From Octopus vulgaris (Eukaryota), in the NCBI GenBank assembly GCA_951406725.2, contig OX597823.1, positions 26,288,001-26,352,000 on the forward strand: a stretch of DNA of 64,000 nt, written 5' to 3'. This document shows, piece after piece, positions 52,499-64,000 of this stretch. How positions within the stretch are numbered: position 1 is the stretch's first letter; each line of letters opens with the position of its first letter. The notes beneath the pieces are model-generated. The model worked only from the letters and a program-made list of their open reading frames with translations, was not told the DNA's origin and did no database searches. The translations under genes and the position numbers were made by a program.

Positions 52499-53109
52499 TA
52501 ATAACTATATTGATGGTTTATAACTAATGAAAAACTTAATTTTTTTTACACAATTGTAACGGCAGATTTGTTTATTTATTTATAAATATTTGTAAATACA
52601 GTTTTTTTCTGTCTTTTTTAAAAAATATATTGAATTGAATGTTTTTATTTCTTTGTTGCCTTTGCCACAGTTCTATCAATAACACTTTGACTACTGTTGC
52701 CATGACCATTATTTTCACCATCAGGCATAGGCATGACTGTGAGGTTCAAAAGTTTGGCTCCTAACCCCATGGGCTCTGGTTCAGTTCCATTGCACAGCGC
52801 TTTGGGTAAATGACTTATTCTGTAACCCTGGGCTGACTGAAGCTTTGTGAGTAGATTTGGTAGAATGGAAACTAAAAGCTCACTGAATATACACACAGAC
52901 ACACATGAGTGGGCAAACAAAGAAAAGTAGCACTCAACACATAGCTGGAGTTTTATTTATTGAGTAACTTGAAAATTTCATCCTACTTATGCAAGCATGG
53001 AAAAGTGGACCTTAAAATGATGATGATTATCTATACTTAGTAACAGGTTAACTTAGCTTCTTGTGTTGCTTGAAGTTTCATGGTCATGCTTTTTTTCATC
53101 TCTTTATAA

Positions 53110-54090
53110 ACTTTAACATGAAGATCTAAGTCAACCTGTTACTCATCATCACTGACAATCAAATGGAATGAAATCAGGAAAATAGGGAGATTGATCAACC
53201 AGTTCAAAGTCACAATCACATACAGCAGCCATTGAATCCAAGGACTCATGTGCAGGAGCATTTTCCAGATGAAATGAAACCCCTTTTGTCAGTTTTCCTG
53301 GGCATTTGGTCTTGATAGCCCGTTTTAATTGCCTTAGAAAATTGACATAATACTCTCCATTAATGGTGTGGCCCTTTTGAAGATAGTTAATAAACACAAT
53401 GCCTTTTGTATCACCCCAAAACTGAGGGCTGTTTCCACTGCATGCTTTATCTCTTTGTTTCTGGCTCAAAGTGATGAAGCCAATGTACATCCTGGGTTAG
53501 GAAACCAGCTGGATCTGCTTCAAATGTCAGATTTTCCCGTGATGTGATCAGCCTGGCGATGCTTTTGATCAGGTGTCTGAAAACATGGCACCCACCGAGC
53601 AGAAACCTTCGTTATGCAGAATATTCTCAACTCTCTCATGAGATATGCTAACAGTTTTGGCTATTTGATATATAGTCAACTGTCTGTTATGAACATGATC
53701 CATGTTTTCCTCAGTGGTTGGTGGTAGTTGCAGGACGTCCAGACATTGGGTCATCTTCAGGACTCTCCCTTCCTCTCCTAAATTCAGCTGCCCACTTTTG
53801 CATTGTTGATAAAGCTTGAGCATCATTCCCTAATGTAGTAACCATGTCAGCATGAATGTTGCTGGGAGCTAAACACTTTTTCTGCTGTTATTTGATAACA
53901 CCATAATGCCAAATTTTGTCCATTTTCAAAAGAACTTGTTATTAGTTACTTTCAAAGTCTTCTTTGAACAGTCATTTGTCAGTTTACCAGGAAAAAAACA
54001 ATGCAGTTATTAATAAAAATAGTTAAAATTGGTGCATGCAATATTTAACAGTTCTAGCATCACTCCTTCATAGTCAGCCTATGAGCTATT
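53110..54090 (-). mobile_element. Defective mariner transposon
   Basis: FWGDTKGIVFINYLQKGHTINGEYY...FHLENAPAH...QSPYFPD..P.D and an HTH segment IAKTVSISHERVENILH. Confidence 0.88.
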
Positions 54091-54238
54091 TGATATCTTC
54101 CCGTCATTCTATGACATCAAGATTATCACTGTTGCTGTTTTCGTTCACTATGTTCTGCTATTTATGTGAAGCACAGAAAAGATCTCACCTAACAAGGCAA
54201 CTATACTGTAGTATATTTTCAGCAAACAGTTTTGTTAT

Positions 54239-54806
54239 AAAATTAGAAATATTGTATTTCTAAATCTCTCAGAGAGACTTATACAGTAGCAGCATGATAA
54301 AGTGATGGTTTGGTGCCAACTTAATGTGGCAGTCCCATAAAAGGGAAGAATGCTACTGTTATTTAGCCCCAGGAAATATCGTTTCCAGTTGGTTATGTGA
54401 CACAAGCATTCTGTGTCCTTAAGTTTTTAAACAAGGGAGATAAGCACCTCCACCCAGCAAAGCCAGCATCCAGAGACTAGGTTCTGAGAGATTTAGAAAT
54501 GCAATATTTCTAATTTTGTAGATCAGTGAATTTATTTCACTTAAAATTCTCTGTTTTCAAAGGTAAATATGCATAGACAGCTGGCAAGCCAAGCTACTCC
54601 AGACTGATGAAGAGCAATAACTCTGAAACTAGTCTCTGAATGCTGGCTTTGCTGAGTGGAGGTGCTTATCTCCTGTGTTTGAAAACTTAAGGACACAGAA
54701 TGCCTGTGTCACATAGCCAACTGGAAACGATGTTTCCTGGGGCTATATAGAAGTAGCATTCTTCCATTTCCTGGGACTGCCACATTAAGTTGGCAACAAA
54801 CCATCA
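54239..54806. repeat. Interlocking inverted repeats surrounding a hammerhead
   Basis: 54303-54480 mirrors 54629-54806; 54239-54273 mirrors 54483-54517. A related fragment lies at about 36800-36945. Confidence 0.88.
54598..54640 (+). ncRNA. Minimal type I hammerhead ribozyme with canonical core
   Basis: tccaga-CTGATGA-agag-caataa-ctct-GAAA-cta-GTC-tctgaa: all core bases present, 4-bp helix II, palindromic helix III ACTAGT, predicted cleavage after C54634. Confidence 0.85.
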
Positions 54807-57800
54807 GTTTTGTTTAGTATTGCTAAAAATTAATCCTGGTCTGGCTTGGTGAATAGAGTTCATTTCATAGCCATCTAATTTTTAGTTCTATATCACTGCA
54901 CAGAATCTTGGACAAGTGTCTTCTCTTAGTCTCATGAGTTGTTATTGATAAATGGAAATTATAGAAACCTGTCATATCTACATGTATATGTGTGTATATT
55001 TACATTGTGCGTGTTTGCATGAAGCTGTTTAAGTAAAAGGGCAGTGTTATATTTGCATTCTTTCTAAACAATTTCTCCTGCAGTTCTGCATTTTTGAATG
55101 AAATATCCCTCACTTGAAAAACAGGTATGGATTGGTGAGAGCAAGATCATCTGACTAAAAAATACAGTCACAAATAACAAACTTTCATGAAAAAAATGAA
55201 CATAAGACAAACAAATGAAATGCCTGGCTTTTATTGTTTGTTGGCTCAACAATGTTGCTGCTGGTATCAACAAAACAAGGCCCCACTAAATATAAGCAAG
55301 TTCAGTACACAACATCTAGCAGCAGTAATTTTACCCAGCGGATGAACTTTCTGACAATCCAAGGTTCTCAGTAATATTGCCAGAGCAAGGACTTTGTGAA
55401 AATGTCCACTATTCCCAAATGGAAAGTCCTCCAGAAATGACTACTTAGAGCATCCTTATCAATGCCAAGAATCACTCCCTGACCATCATCACTCATTCAC
55501 TCCATTGACCCATATAATATGACGACTAATGTTACACTAACCACAGTGTCCAGCTGCATAGTGCACAAAATACCTGGCAACATGCCAAATGTGTAACCTT
55601 AGCTTCACCCAGGGCTGTAGTATTGTCAAAGAGATGAGATGCAGAAGGACATACTGCAAGAATGGTGACTACACACCTGTTCACTGTTGTCATCATTGGT
55701 TAAACATGTCTAGAGATATATATCAGTCTCTCTGTGTGTCTTGTATGTCATCAACCATGGCTCCCTAAGACACCTTTCCTAGAATGGTGGTTGTCAGCAG
55801 ATAGACTTCTTGACAAATGAGACTTCTTCACCTACATAGTTATAATAAATAAAATGTGGGTAGATGAGAGAATAGTAGATTATAATGACTTGCAGTCTTC
55901 TAGTTGTTCTGAGTTCAAATCTTACCAAGGTCAGCTTTCTGAGGTTAATAAAATAAAGTACTAGTGAAATAGTGGGTTCAATTTCATCAAGTAACCCACT
56001 CTCTAAAATTTATAGCCTTCTGTCAGTGCTTGAAATTATTTGAAGTATAGTGAGCTGTTGGCATGACAAACACATTTGCTTAATTTACTCAGGAATTACT
56101 GGAGTTAGCAAAGAAATGACAACATCCCTTCTCTTTGTAGAACAAGTTATTCTTATATTAAAGTATACAACCTGGAGGGTGCTAAGTTCATAGTTGATAG
56201 AATCAGATACTTTACTGTTCTTAGGAATGGGACGTTTTGTTGCATGTTTCCAAAAAATCATGATTGATCCTTACAGAGTGTGAAAGATTGAAGAGTTTGA
56301 TGAGGATAGGGGCTACATGGAAGATACATTACCAGCATGGATTGAATGGATACTTACAATCGAGACATTATCTCACAGCTAGATACCTTTGCTGTCACTA
56401 ACATGTAACTGTATTTTAAGTAAAGAATATATTATTTTTAAATGAATATTAATTTCACCTGTCTATTAATTTGAAGACTAGGCACTCCTCCTTCCTCTAG
56501 ATATTCTTGGCAACATATCTTCCATTCCTAATCCACCAATCACATCATCATATAGATACAGAGGTAACACTCCTGAATTTGAAAAAAGGAAGTTTTGCTA
56601 CTGTTGTGAATTGTGGAATTGAAAGAAAATGTGGAACATGTCTCCACTATAGAGACATCTTGTTGAGTCAGTTACAAATTTGGTGTCTTTCTTGGTAAAG
56701 GATCATTTTAGTCCATTAGCCAGAGGATTCTACCAAATGGTTAACATTTTGAAAGTTATCATCTGCATGAGGTTGGCAGCAATTGAGTTATTCTTTAAAG
56801 AATAACACTTATTCAGGTTAAGTGTTGTTTGTTCTAGACATCATAAGCAACAAAAGTGTTATAAATGCAAATTTTTATAGAACAATGAACATCAATAAAA
56901 TAAAGTGTGAAGTATATCATGTTTTATGGATTGCTATGCAACCAACTGGCCACATCACATATTCACCCTTGTTATGTCTACTCTTTGGTTGCAAAATAAT
57001 CACTATGTCCAGTTCTTTCCCAGATCATAACGCCTTTAAATTCCTCCCAGCCCATGTCTTTCTCTGCGGGTATTGACTTGCAGGGTCTGTGAAGGCCATA
57101 GGAAACTCCTCCTTCCTCCAGATCCAGCAACTAGAAGAAAAAAAGATAACTGCCATCATGATTATATAATGTTCAAAGGTCCTATTGTTTCTCGCACTGC
57201 ATGACAACCATTATTGAGTATAAAATAGTAAATTCTTTACTTAAAAAAACAGTTACAGGTTAGTGACAGCAAAGGTATCTAGCAGTAAAATAACATTGCA
57301 ATAATAAGTATCCATTCAACCCATGCTGGTAAAGAAAAAAATGGATGTATAATGAATGAGATTACATTGGCACCTGCAAATTAACATTCAGCTTAACCAC
57401 CAAGTAATGAAAGAACCATGCTAGAAATACAAGGAATAAAATTATATAAATTCAAACCAGCAACAGAATCAGTCTTTTAATAGGATACCTACATAAAATG
57501 CAAACCAGTATATAACCACTGTGCTCCATCAGTCACAACAATGAAGTTTCTAGTTGATCTGGTCAAAGGAACCGCCTATGAAATGAATGTGCAAGTGGCT
57601 GAGTACTCCACAGACAAGTACACCCTTAATGTAATTCTCAGGGAAATTCAGTACAACACAGAATGTGACAAAGCTGAACCTTTGAAATACAGGAACTACT
57701 CATTTCTGCCAGCTGAGTGGACTTGGAGCAACGTGAAATAAAGTGTCCTGCTCAAGGACACATGGTGCTGGGAATCGATCTCACAACCATACAATTGTGA

Positions 57801-57839
57801 AATGAATGCCCTAACCACTGATCCACACACCTTCACTAT

Positions 57840-57888
<49 letters not shown>

Positions 57889-58546
57889 TATACTAGCTGA
57901 TGTACGTGGTAATTCCCAGGAAAGTGGGACTTATCCCTTGGTTCTGTTCTCATAATTGTTTTGCTAATCCAGTAACAACAATACAAAGTATGTAGCCCTT
58001 AAAATGGTTTTTGTGCATTTATTGAGAATACTGGACTGTCCTACACAGGATCTTCTTTTCAGGAAATCCCAATAACTTATGAATACCCAAATTGTGAAGT
58101 CAGTTATGTAATAACATGAAATTAATTACCTGATAGTAAGAATTGAAATAGAGTAGCCCTGAAAAGGGCTTTAATATGTTTCCAGAGTATATAGAACTTA
58201 GGTCGAAATACTAAAGGTATGTATACTAAAATTGTGAAGCATGTTACATAATAACAGGCTAATCAGGTATGAGATAATAACAATTCAAAGTATATAACTC
58301 TGAAAAAAGCTCTTGTGCGTTTGCAGAGAATATTCCCCTCAGTGGCGCTAGTATTGGTTTATTCGTGAATAAGTCACTAACCGAAATAAGTGGATCTATT
58401 GTTTAAGAAAATACTATTTACTTGTTTAATCATTGTAGCAGATAAATTGTGAAAATAACTCAAATAGTCAAATACTAAGAAATAAGCATACTCAACTTGA
58501 TTTATATGAAATAAATTACGAACATGAATGGGTTATTTCCCTTGGC

Positions 58547-58577
<31 letters not shown>

Positions 58578-59327
58578 ATCTTTTTCAAGAGCAAATGGGT
58601 TATTTCCCTTGGATGTCTAAAAATAATGTTATATGTAGTAGATATAAGAATCCCTTCCAGGGACCCTATTATCGACTTTTTCAACAATCTAAGTATGTCA
58701 CTAGTTTTCCAGACTTTGCTTGCAAAGATCTGTTGAGGCAAGTGAAATCAAAATCATTGAAGTGACTGATGACAGTACCGCCTGATTGGCACTTGTGCCA
58801 GTGGAATGTTAAAAGTACCATGATCGTTGTCAGAGCCACTGACTGGCTCCCATGCTGGTGACATGTAAAAAACACCACTTGAGCATGATCATTGCCAGCA
58901 TCGCCTTACTGGCACATGAAAAACATTTGAGCATGATTGTTGCCAGTACCGCTGGCCTGGCTCCCATGCAGGTGCACATAAAAACACCTTTTGATTGTGA
59001 TCGTTGCCAGTACCACCTGATTGGCTCTCTTGCCTGTGGGACATAAAGGCACTCACTATACTCTCGGAGTGGTTGGTGTTAGGCAGGGCATCCAGCTGTA
59101 GAAACTTTTGCCAGATCAGACTGGAGCCTGGTGCAGGCTTCTGGCTTGCCAGTCCTCAAACTGTCCAACCCATGCCAGCATGGGAAGCAGACGTTAAATG
59201 ATGACGATGATGTGTGTCTTAACCTGTCTTCCTCGCTTGACAACTGTTGTTGGTCGACTTCTGGAACTAAAACCTTTTAAGGCAGTGCAGCAACATGGCC
59301 AGTCAAATGACTGAAAAGTGTAAAAGA

Positions 59328-59363
<36 letters not shown>

Positions 59364-59507
59364 GGTACAATATTGTGTAATGATAATATAAGAAAATGGA
59401 GAGGAAATATAGTGGATAGTTATTTAATTTCATTTGTATCATCAGGAAAACATATCAAACAATGTAATACATATTAGATTTAAAGGATTAAAATCATCAT
59501 AAAAAGT

Positions 59508-59627
59508 GCCTACACACGTTTCAATCCGGTCACTAAGTGAACAATGCTTCGGATCATCACGATTCGAACCATGTTAAGAGTCATAGATGTAAAAGAACCC
59601 CACAGTATGACCGGATTTCGTCAGGGC
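59508..59627 (-). ncRNA. Type I hammerhead ribozyme with 10-bp helix II and 75-nt loop
   Basis: Minus strand: gcc-CTGACGA-aatccggtca-(75 nt)-tgaccggatt-GAAA-cgtgt-GTA-ggc. Confidence 0.8.
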
Positions 59628-59902
59628 TGTCTTTTCCAAAAGACAAATGCTTACATATTGGTGGTAAATAACAAACTAAATAAAATTGATGAGGAATATA
59701 TTTTCAAATATCCAAATAATGTAAACAATGTTATCAGGAAAGATAGGATGTCTAACCCATTCAGTTTCCTTATTTCTATGTTTATTCAAGTAAGATTTGT
59801 CCTCAGGTGTTAAGTCATGGTAGAAGGCTTTCCATTTTATTCAATGTATGAAATCCTTTATTTTATTGATTAGTTCCTTTAGGTATTCCTCAACATATAA
59901 AA

Positions 59903-59932
<30 letters not shown>

Positions 59933-59935
<3 letters not shown>

Positions 59936-60484
59936 TAAGAAAGTTGGTTTGTGAAAGCACGTGGTTGAATATATAGAAAATAGTAAAAAGTGAAAAAACT
60001 ACAGAAGGCTTAAAGGTTAAAAAATATATATATTTGCGTCAATATGTCTGAAGAATATTAAAAAAATTTTTTTCCTTACAATGACATAATTTAGAAGAAA
60101 GACCGGTTTCGCGTTTAGCTTTTCAAATTTCTTACGACGTTATGTTTATGTTGAATAGAGTTATCGTTATGTTTAAAAGAGTTCTAAATAAGGGGAGGTA
60201 ATGAGTGATTTCTTCCGGTGTAAGGGAGATAATCGCTTAAATTTTTTTTCCTTTCCCTTGGTGTGAATTTCTCTGTATCAGTATGTTGGCATGGTTAAGT
60301 CTGGGCTTGTACTTTTCAATGAAGAATGTTTCCTTGTTTAGTCTAATTTGTGTTGATGATCCAATAGCACATTGGTAAAATGGAAAGATTAAAAATTGTG
60401 GTAGTAGTTGCTTTGCACATTTCTCAATGTGCTCACTAAAAGATATCATTCTGTATTCTGGGAATGCAATCTGTTGTCGATGCA

Positions 60485-60490
<6 letters not shown>
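59933..60490 (-). mobile_element. 3' fragment of a Penelope-like retroelement (GIY-YIG endonuclease C-terminus plus hammerhead-like tail) between (TA)n tracts
   Basis: LHRQQIAFPEYRMISFSEHIEKCAKQLLPQFLIFPFYQC...RLNKETFFIEKYKPRLN matches the H..H..R..E..FI...P.LN pattern of PLE GIY-YIG domains; downstream GAAACCGGTC motif at 60101-60110. Confidence 0.7.

Positions 60491-60562
<72 letters not shown>
60491..60562. repeat. (AT)n microsatellite
   Basis: Directly visible. Confidence 0.95.
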
Positions 60563-60566
<4 letters not shown>

Positions 60567-60996
60567 GTACAGTGATATCTTTGATTTAGGAGAATATATT
60601 TCTCAGATATTTGTTAATACTGTCAAATAAATAAATAGTTCCTCCCCTCTCTGTTCTGGAAATAATATTAAATGAAATATATAAGTATTCTGAAATAATG
60701 TATTTATTAAAAAAATCACAATATCTCACATTATAATTGTGGTTATATAATATGCTGGAATGTTATCATACATGTGTAAATATATATTTGGTAAAATATT
60801 TCCCCCACAGAATAGCTTTTGACATTAATATGGTTGCTCTTCAGTATGAATGCCCATGTGTAGTGAATTGACTTCTTTTAGAGAATAATTGACAAACATT
60901 ACATCGTTGTGGTTTCCCCTTTCAGAATGCATTTGATGTCTAACTAAGTTACTAAGTCCAAAGAATGTTTTAGCACAGACACTAGTGAGATGATTT

Positions 60997-62256
60997 CTAA
61001 CTTGTACGGATGCATTTGTGTTTATTTAACTGGCTTGACTGAGCAAATGATCTACTGCAGATATTACAGAGAAATGGCTTCTCTCCTGTATGAATACGTA
61101 TGTGTTTAATTAGGTGTTGATTTAGTGAGAATGATTTACCACAGACATCACAGTGGTACGGCTTCTCTCCAGTATGAATACGTTTGTGTTTAGTTAAACC
61201 ACTACTTCCTGATAATGTTTTACCACAAATATCACACTGATATGGCTTTTCTCCTGTATGAATGTATCTGTGTTCAGTTAAGTGATCATTTCGAGCGAAT
61301 GACTCACTACAAATATCACAGTGATACGGCTTCTCTCCTGTATGAATGCGTTTGTGTATAGTTAAGCTACTGGATACCGTGAAGGATTTACCACAGATAT
61401 TACAGTGATATGGTTTCTCACCTGTATGAGTCCGTTTATGTTCACTTAACTGATCACTCCGAGAGACTGATTTACCACAGATATCACACTGATATGGGTA
61501 TATTCCTGTATGAATACGTTTATGTATAGTTACTTGACCAACTTGAGAGAATGATCTGCCACAGATATCACAGTGATATGGCTTCAGTCCTGTATGAATA
61601 TACTTGTGAGAAGTTAAGGTACTTCCATGAGAGAATGATTTGCCACAGATATCACAGTGATATGGCTTCTCTCCTGTATGAATACGTTTATGAATATTTA
61701 AGACACCTTTTTCAGAAAATGATTTACCACAGATATCACAGTGATATGGTTTTTCTCCTGTATGAATGCGTTTGTGTATTGCTAAACGAATGCTTTGTGA
61801 GAATGATAAACCACAGATATCACAGTGATATGGTTTTTCTCCTGTATGAATACGTTTGTGAATAGTTAAGGTGCTTCCACAAGAGAATGATTTACCACAT
61901 ACATCACAGTGATATGGTTTCTCTCCTGTATGAACACGCTTGTGTTTGGTCAAGCTATCACTTCGAGAGAATGATTTACCACAGATATCACAGTGGTGTG
62001 GTTTCCCAACTTTATGAGTACGTTTGTGTCGAGTTAAATAATTCATTTGAGAGTATGATTTGCTGCATATGTCACAACGGTATGTTCTTTCTCCTGCATG
62101 ACTACATTTGTGAGTGGTGGGGTTACCTTTTTGAGGGAACGGCATTTTGCATATATCACAGTGGTAAGATGTTATTCCTATCTCTTTCAGCTTATCAGGA
62201 ATATTTTTAGACTCTGTTTTAAGTTCAATTTGGTTCTCACACAATTCGTTTTCCAT
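60997..62256 (-). CDS. Tandem C2H2 zinc-finger protein (13 complete fingers plus 1 degenerate, no recognisable effector domain)
   Basis: 419-aa ORF of 28-aa repeats [10 protein letters not shown]...[10 protein letters not shown]; candidate upstream acceptor tttctctatttcag| opening an exon at 62601. Confidence 0.95.
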   Translation of the reverse strand: MENELCENQIELKTESKNIPDKLKEIGITSYHCDICKMPFPQKGNPTTHKCSHAGERTYRCDICSKSYSQMNYLTRHKRTHKVGKPHHCDICGKSFSRSDSLTKHKRVHTGEKPYHCDVCGKSFSCGSTLTIHKRIHTGEKPYHCDICGLSFSQSIRLAIHKRIHTGEKPYHCDICGKSFSEKGVLNIHKRIHTGEKPYHCDICGKSFSHGSTLTSHKYIHTGLKPYHCDICGRSFSQVGQVTIHKRIHTGIYPYQCDICGKSVSRSDQLSEHKRTHTGEKPYHCNICGKSFTVSSSLTIHKRIHTGEKPYHCDICSESFARNDHLTEHRYIHTGEKPYQCDICGKTLSGSSGLTKHKRIHTGEKPYHCDVCGKSFSLNQHLIKHIRIHTGEKPFLCNICSRSFAQSSQLNKHKCIRTS

Positions 62257-63556
62257 AATTCTTCTGATCTAATCACAATATTTAGAAGTTTTGGTTTTTT
62301 TTATATTTCATTTCCAACAAATCATTCTTCTGCTACAATTCCACCTGGAATGCAGCAAATTCTTTTGTTAGGCAAAATATAATAAGAATGCAAAATCATC
62401 TTGTACATATTCCACACAGTGAAATAGAAATTTTGCTATTAATCTCGGTCCAAGAGAAATATTTCACAGTAATTCTACCATAGATTTATATAAATATGTT
62501 TATATTTGTTTTGTATAACATTTTCATTTGGTCTTTAGCAAATGAGAATTGAGGATGCAGTTGAAGCAAAAAATTCTTTCATCCAAATGTCATTCGACAA
62601 TCTGAAATAGAGAAACATTATAAAATACAGAAAATACTTAGAAAAGTGGAAATTTTACATTTCTAAACTGATAAGATACCTTTACCAAACAACTGATTTA
62701 TAACTTACTACAAAAATTACATCATACTTTTTTTTAGTTCCATTTTCTATGCTGGCATGGGTCGGACGGTTTGACTGGGGACTGGCAAGCCAGGAGGCCA
62801 CACCAGGCCCCAATCTGATCTGGCAATGTTTCTACAACTGGATGCCCTTCCTAATGCCAACCACTCCAAGAGTGTAGTGGGTGCTTCTTACGTGCCACTG
62901 ACATGGAGCCAGTCAGATGGCACTAGCATCGGCCATGTTTAGATGGTGCTTTTTACATGCTGCCGGCACAGGAGCCCATCGGGGTGGGGGTGGGGGGCTG
63001 GAATCGACCGCCAGTCAGAGTGGGGAATGGGGGGGGGACTGGCATTGACCAACCAATTTTGTGTAATGTCAGCATATTTGTTGAATACAAGATATACTTT
63101 CAGATCATGTTAATATCATTAAATGTTAAACTCTAAAATATTGGATAATAACATTCTTTTCTGTTGTTTAACTCCACGTCAGCTCTGACAGAATATGGAA
63201 TATCTAGATGTTAGGATGTAATCTAAAGTAGATTTAGTTGCTATACCTTACAATTCCAGTGACCATGTAGAAACTCCATCATTGGCTCATGCTTGTTTAG
63301 ACCTAGGCTAGTCTTGGCTGAATAAACTTATGACCAAATGTCGGTTGTTTTCAAGGATGCTACAAATTTCTAAGAGATTAATCTAAAAGAACATTATATT
63401 GACGAATGAAGAAAAAATGATTGAATGAATGAAGTAAAACGTTAAAAAAAGTATCCTCTGTCAGCATATGTAAAGTAGCATATGTCAGGTGCATACAATT
63501 GACAACACAGTTAATTAAGATTTATTCAGTGAGTTCTATTCAACACATGTTTACAC

Positions 63557-63775
63557 GTGGAATTAGCAGAATCATTATTAACTTTAGATGGCATTTTCAA
63601 AGTTTTGGCCGATAAAGTTGAACTGAAAAACCCTACAACGAGGCATGAATCGCACGAAGCCGTCTTGCAGTCTTGGGAAGAGCTATCTGAGCGGAAAATT
63701 CGTGGATGTATTCAACATCAAACTCGTGTTCAGCGTCAAATAGTTGACTGTCATGGTGGTAACAGATTCGTGTAA
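63557..63775 (+). pseudogene. Possible Tc1-like transposase C-terminal remnant
   Basis: L.DKVELKNPTT......AVLQSWEELS...IRGCI....R....IVDCHGG resembles the Tc1 C-terminal helices ending in GG. Confidence 0.4.
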
Positions 63776-64000
63776 TAAATTTTGTGTTTATTTTTGTTTC
63801 ATAATATATATTTTTTCGGATGCAGCCAGACTTTTCACACAGAGGTACATTATATAAATCTCCTTCAGTGAATGACAACTGAATTCTTAAAAAGTGACTT
63901 GATTTCTATCCTTCATTACCTCAGAATTGTCATAGCTCCTTTACAATAATTTTATTGTAGGTGTATTTTATGAATATACAGCAGCTGTATAATTAATCAA

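Noticed and set aside
55050-57250. Complex-looking sequence that may be an old retroelement
   Set aside because: No diagnostic motif could be read by eye; likewise 6300-6800 and 48050-48950.
61551-62382. Plus-strand ORFs with repeated HRYHSDM
   Set aside because: Antisense shadows of the zinc-finger repeats.

Overview
AT-rich, repeat-dense animal genomic DNA. The SINE families, microsatellite load and [10 protein letters not shown]-type zinc-finger array point to an octopod cephalopod (inference). Two host genes are supported. (1) A six-exon mitochondrial ferredoxin-2 gene (FDX2, + strand, 34220..52498, 186 aa), assembled by hand from GT-AG exons and largely missed by the ORF track. (2) A single-coding-exon C2H2 zinc-finger gene (- strand, 60997..62256). 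Most of the rest is mobile DNA: a pile-up of R4/Dong-type non-LTR fragments in (TAA)n tracts (8-14.5 kb), a CR1-like LINE, RTE fragments, mariner/Tc1/pogo/piggyBac-type elements, a probable Helitron, a 257-bp solo LTR and many tRNA-derived SINEs. The most unusual signal is a set of at least eight hammerhead-ribozyme-like motifs from different families. Several sit in fold-back palindromes or between (TA)n tracts, one lies behind a Penelope-like GIY-YIG fragment, one is fused to a tRNA-derived Pol III head, and some show swapped 3:8 core pairs. Several are in sense orientation inside or just downstream of FDX2. All folds were made by eye; no activity or database evidence is available.
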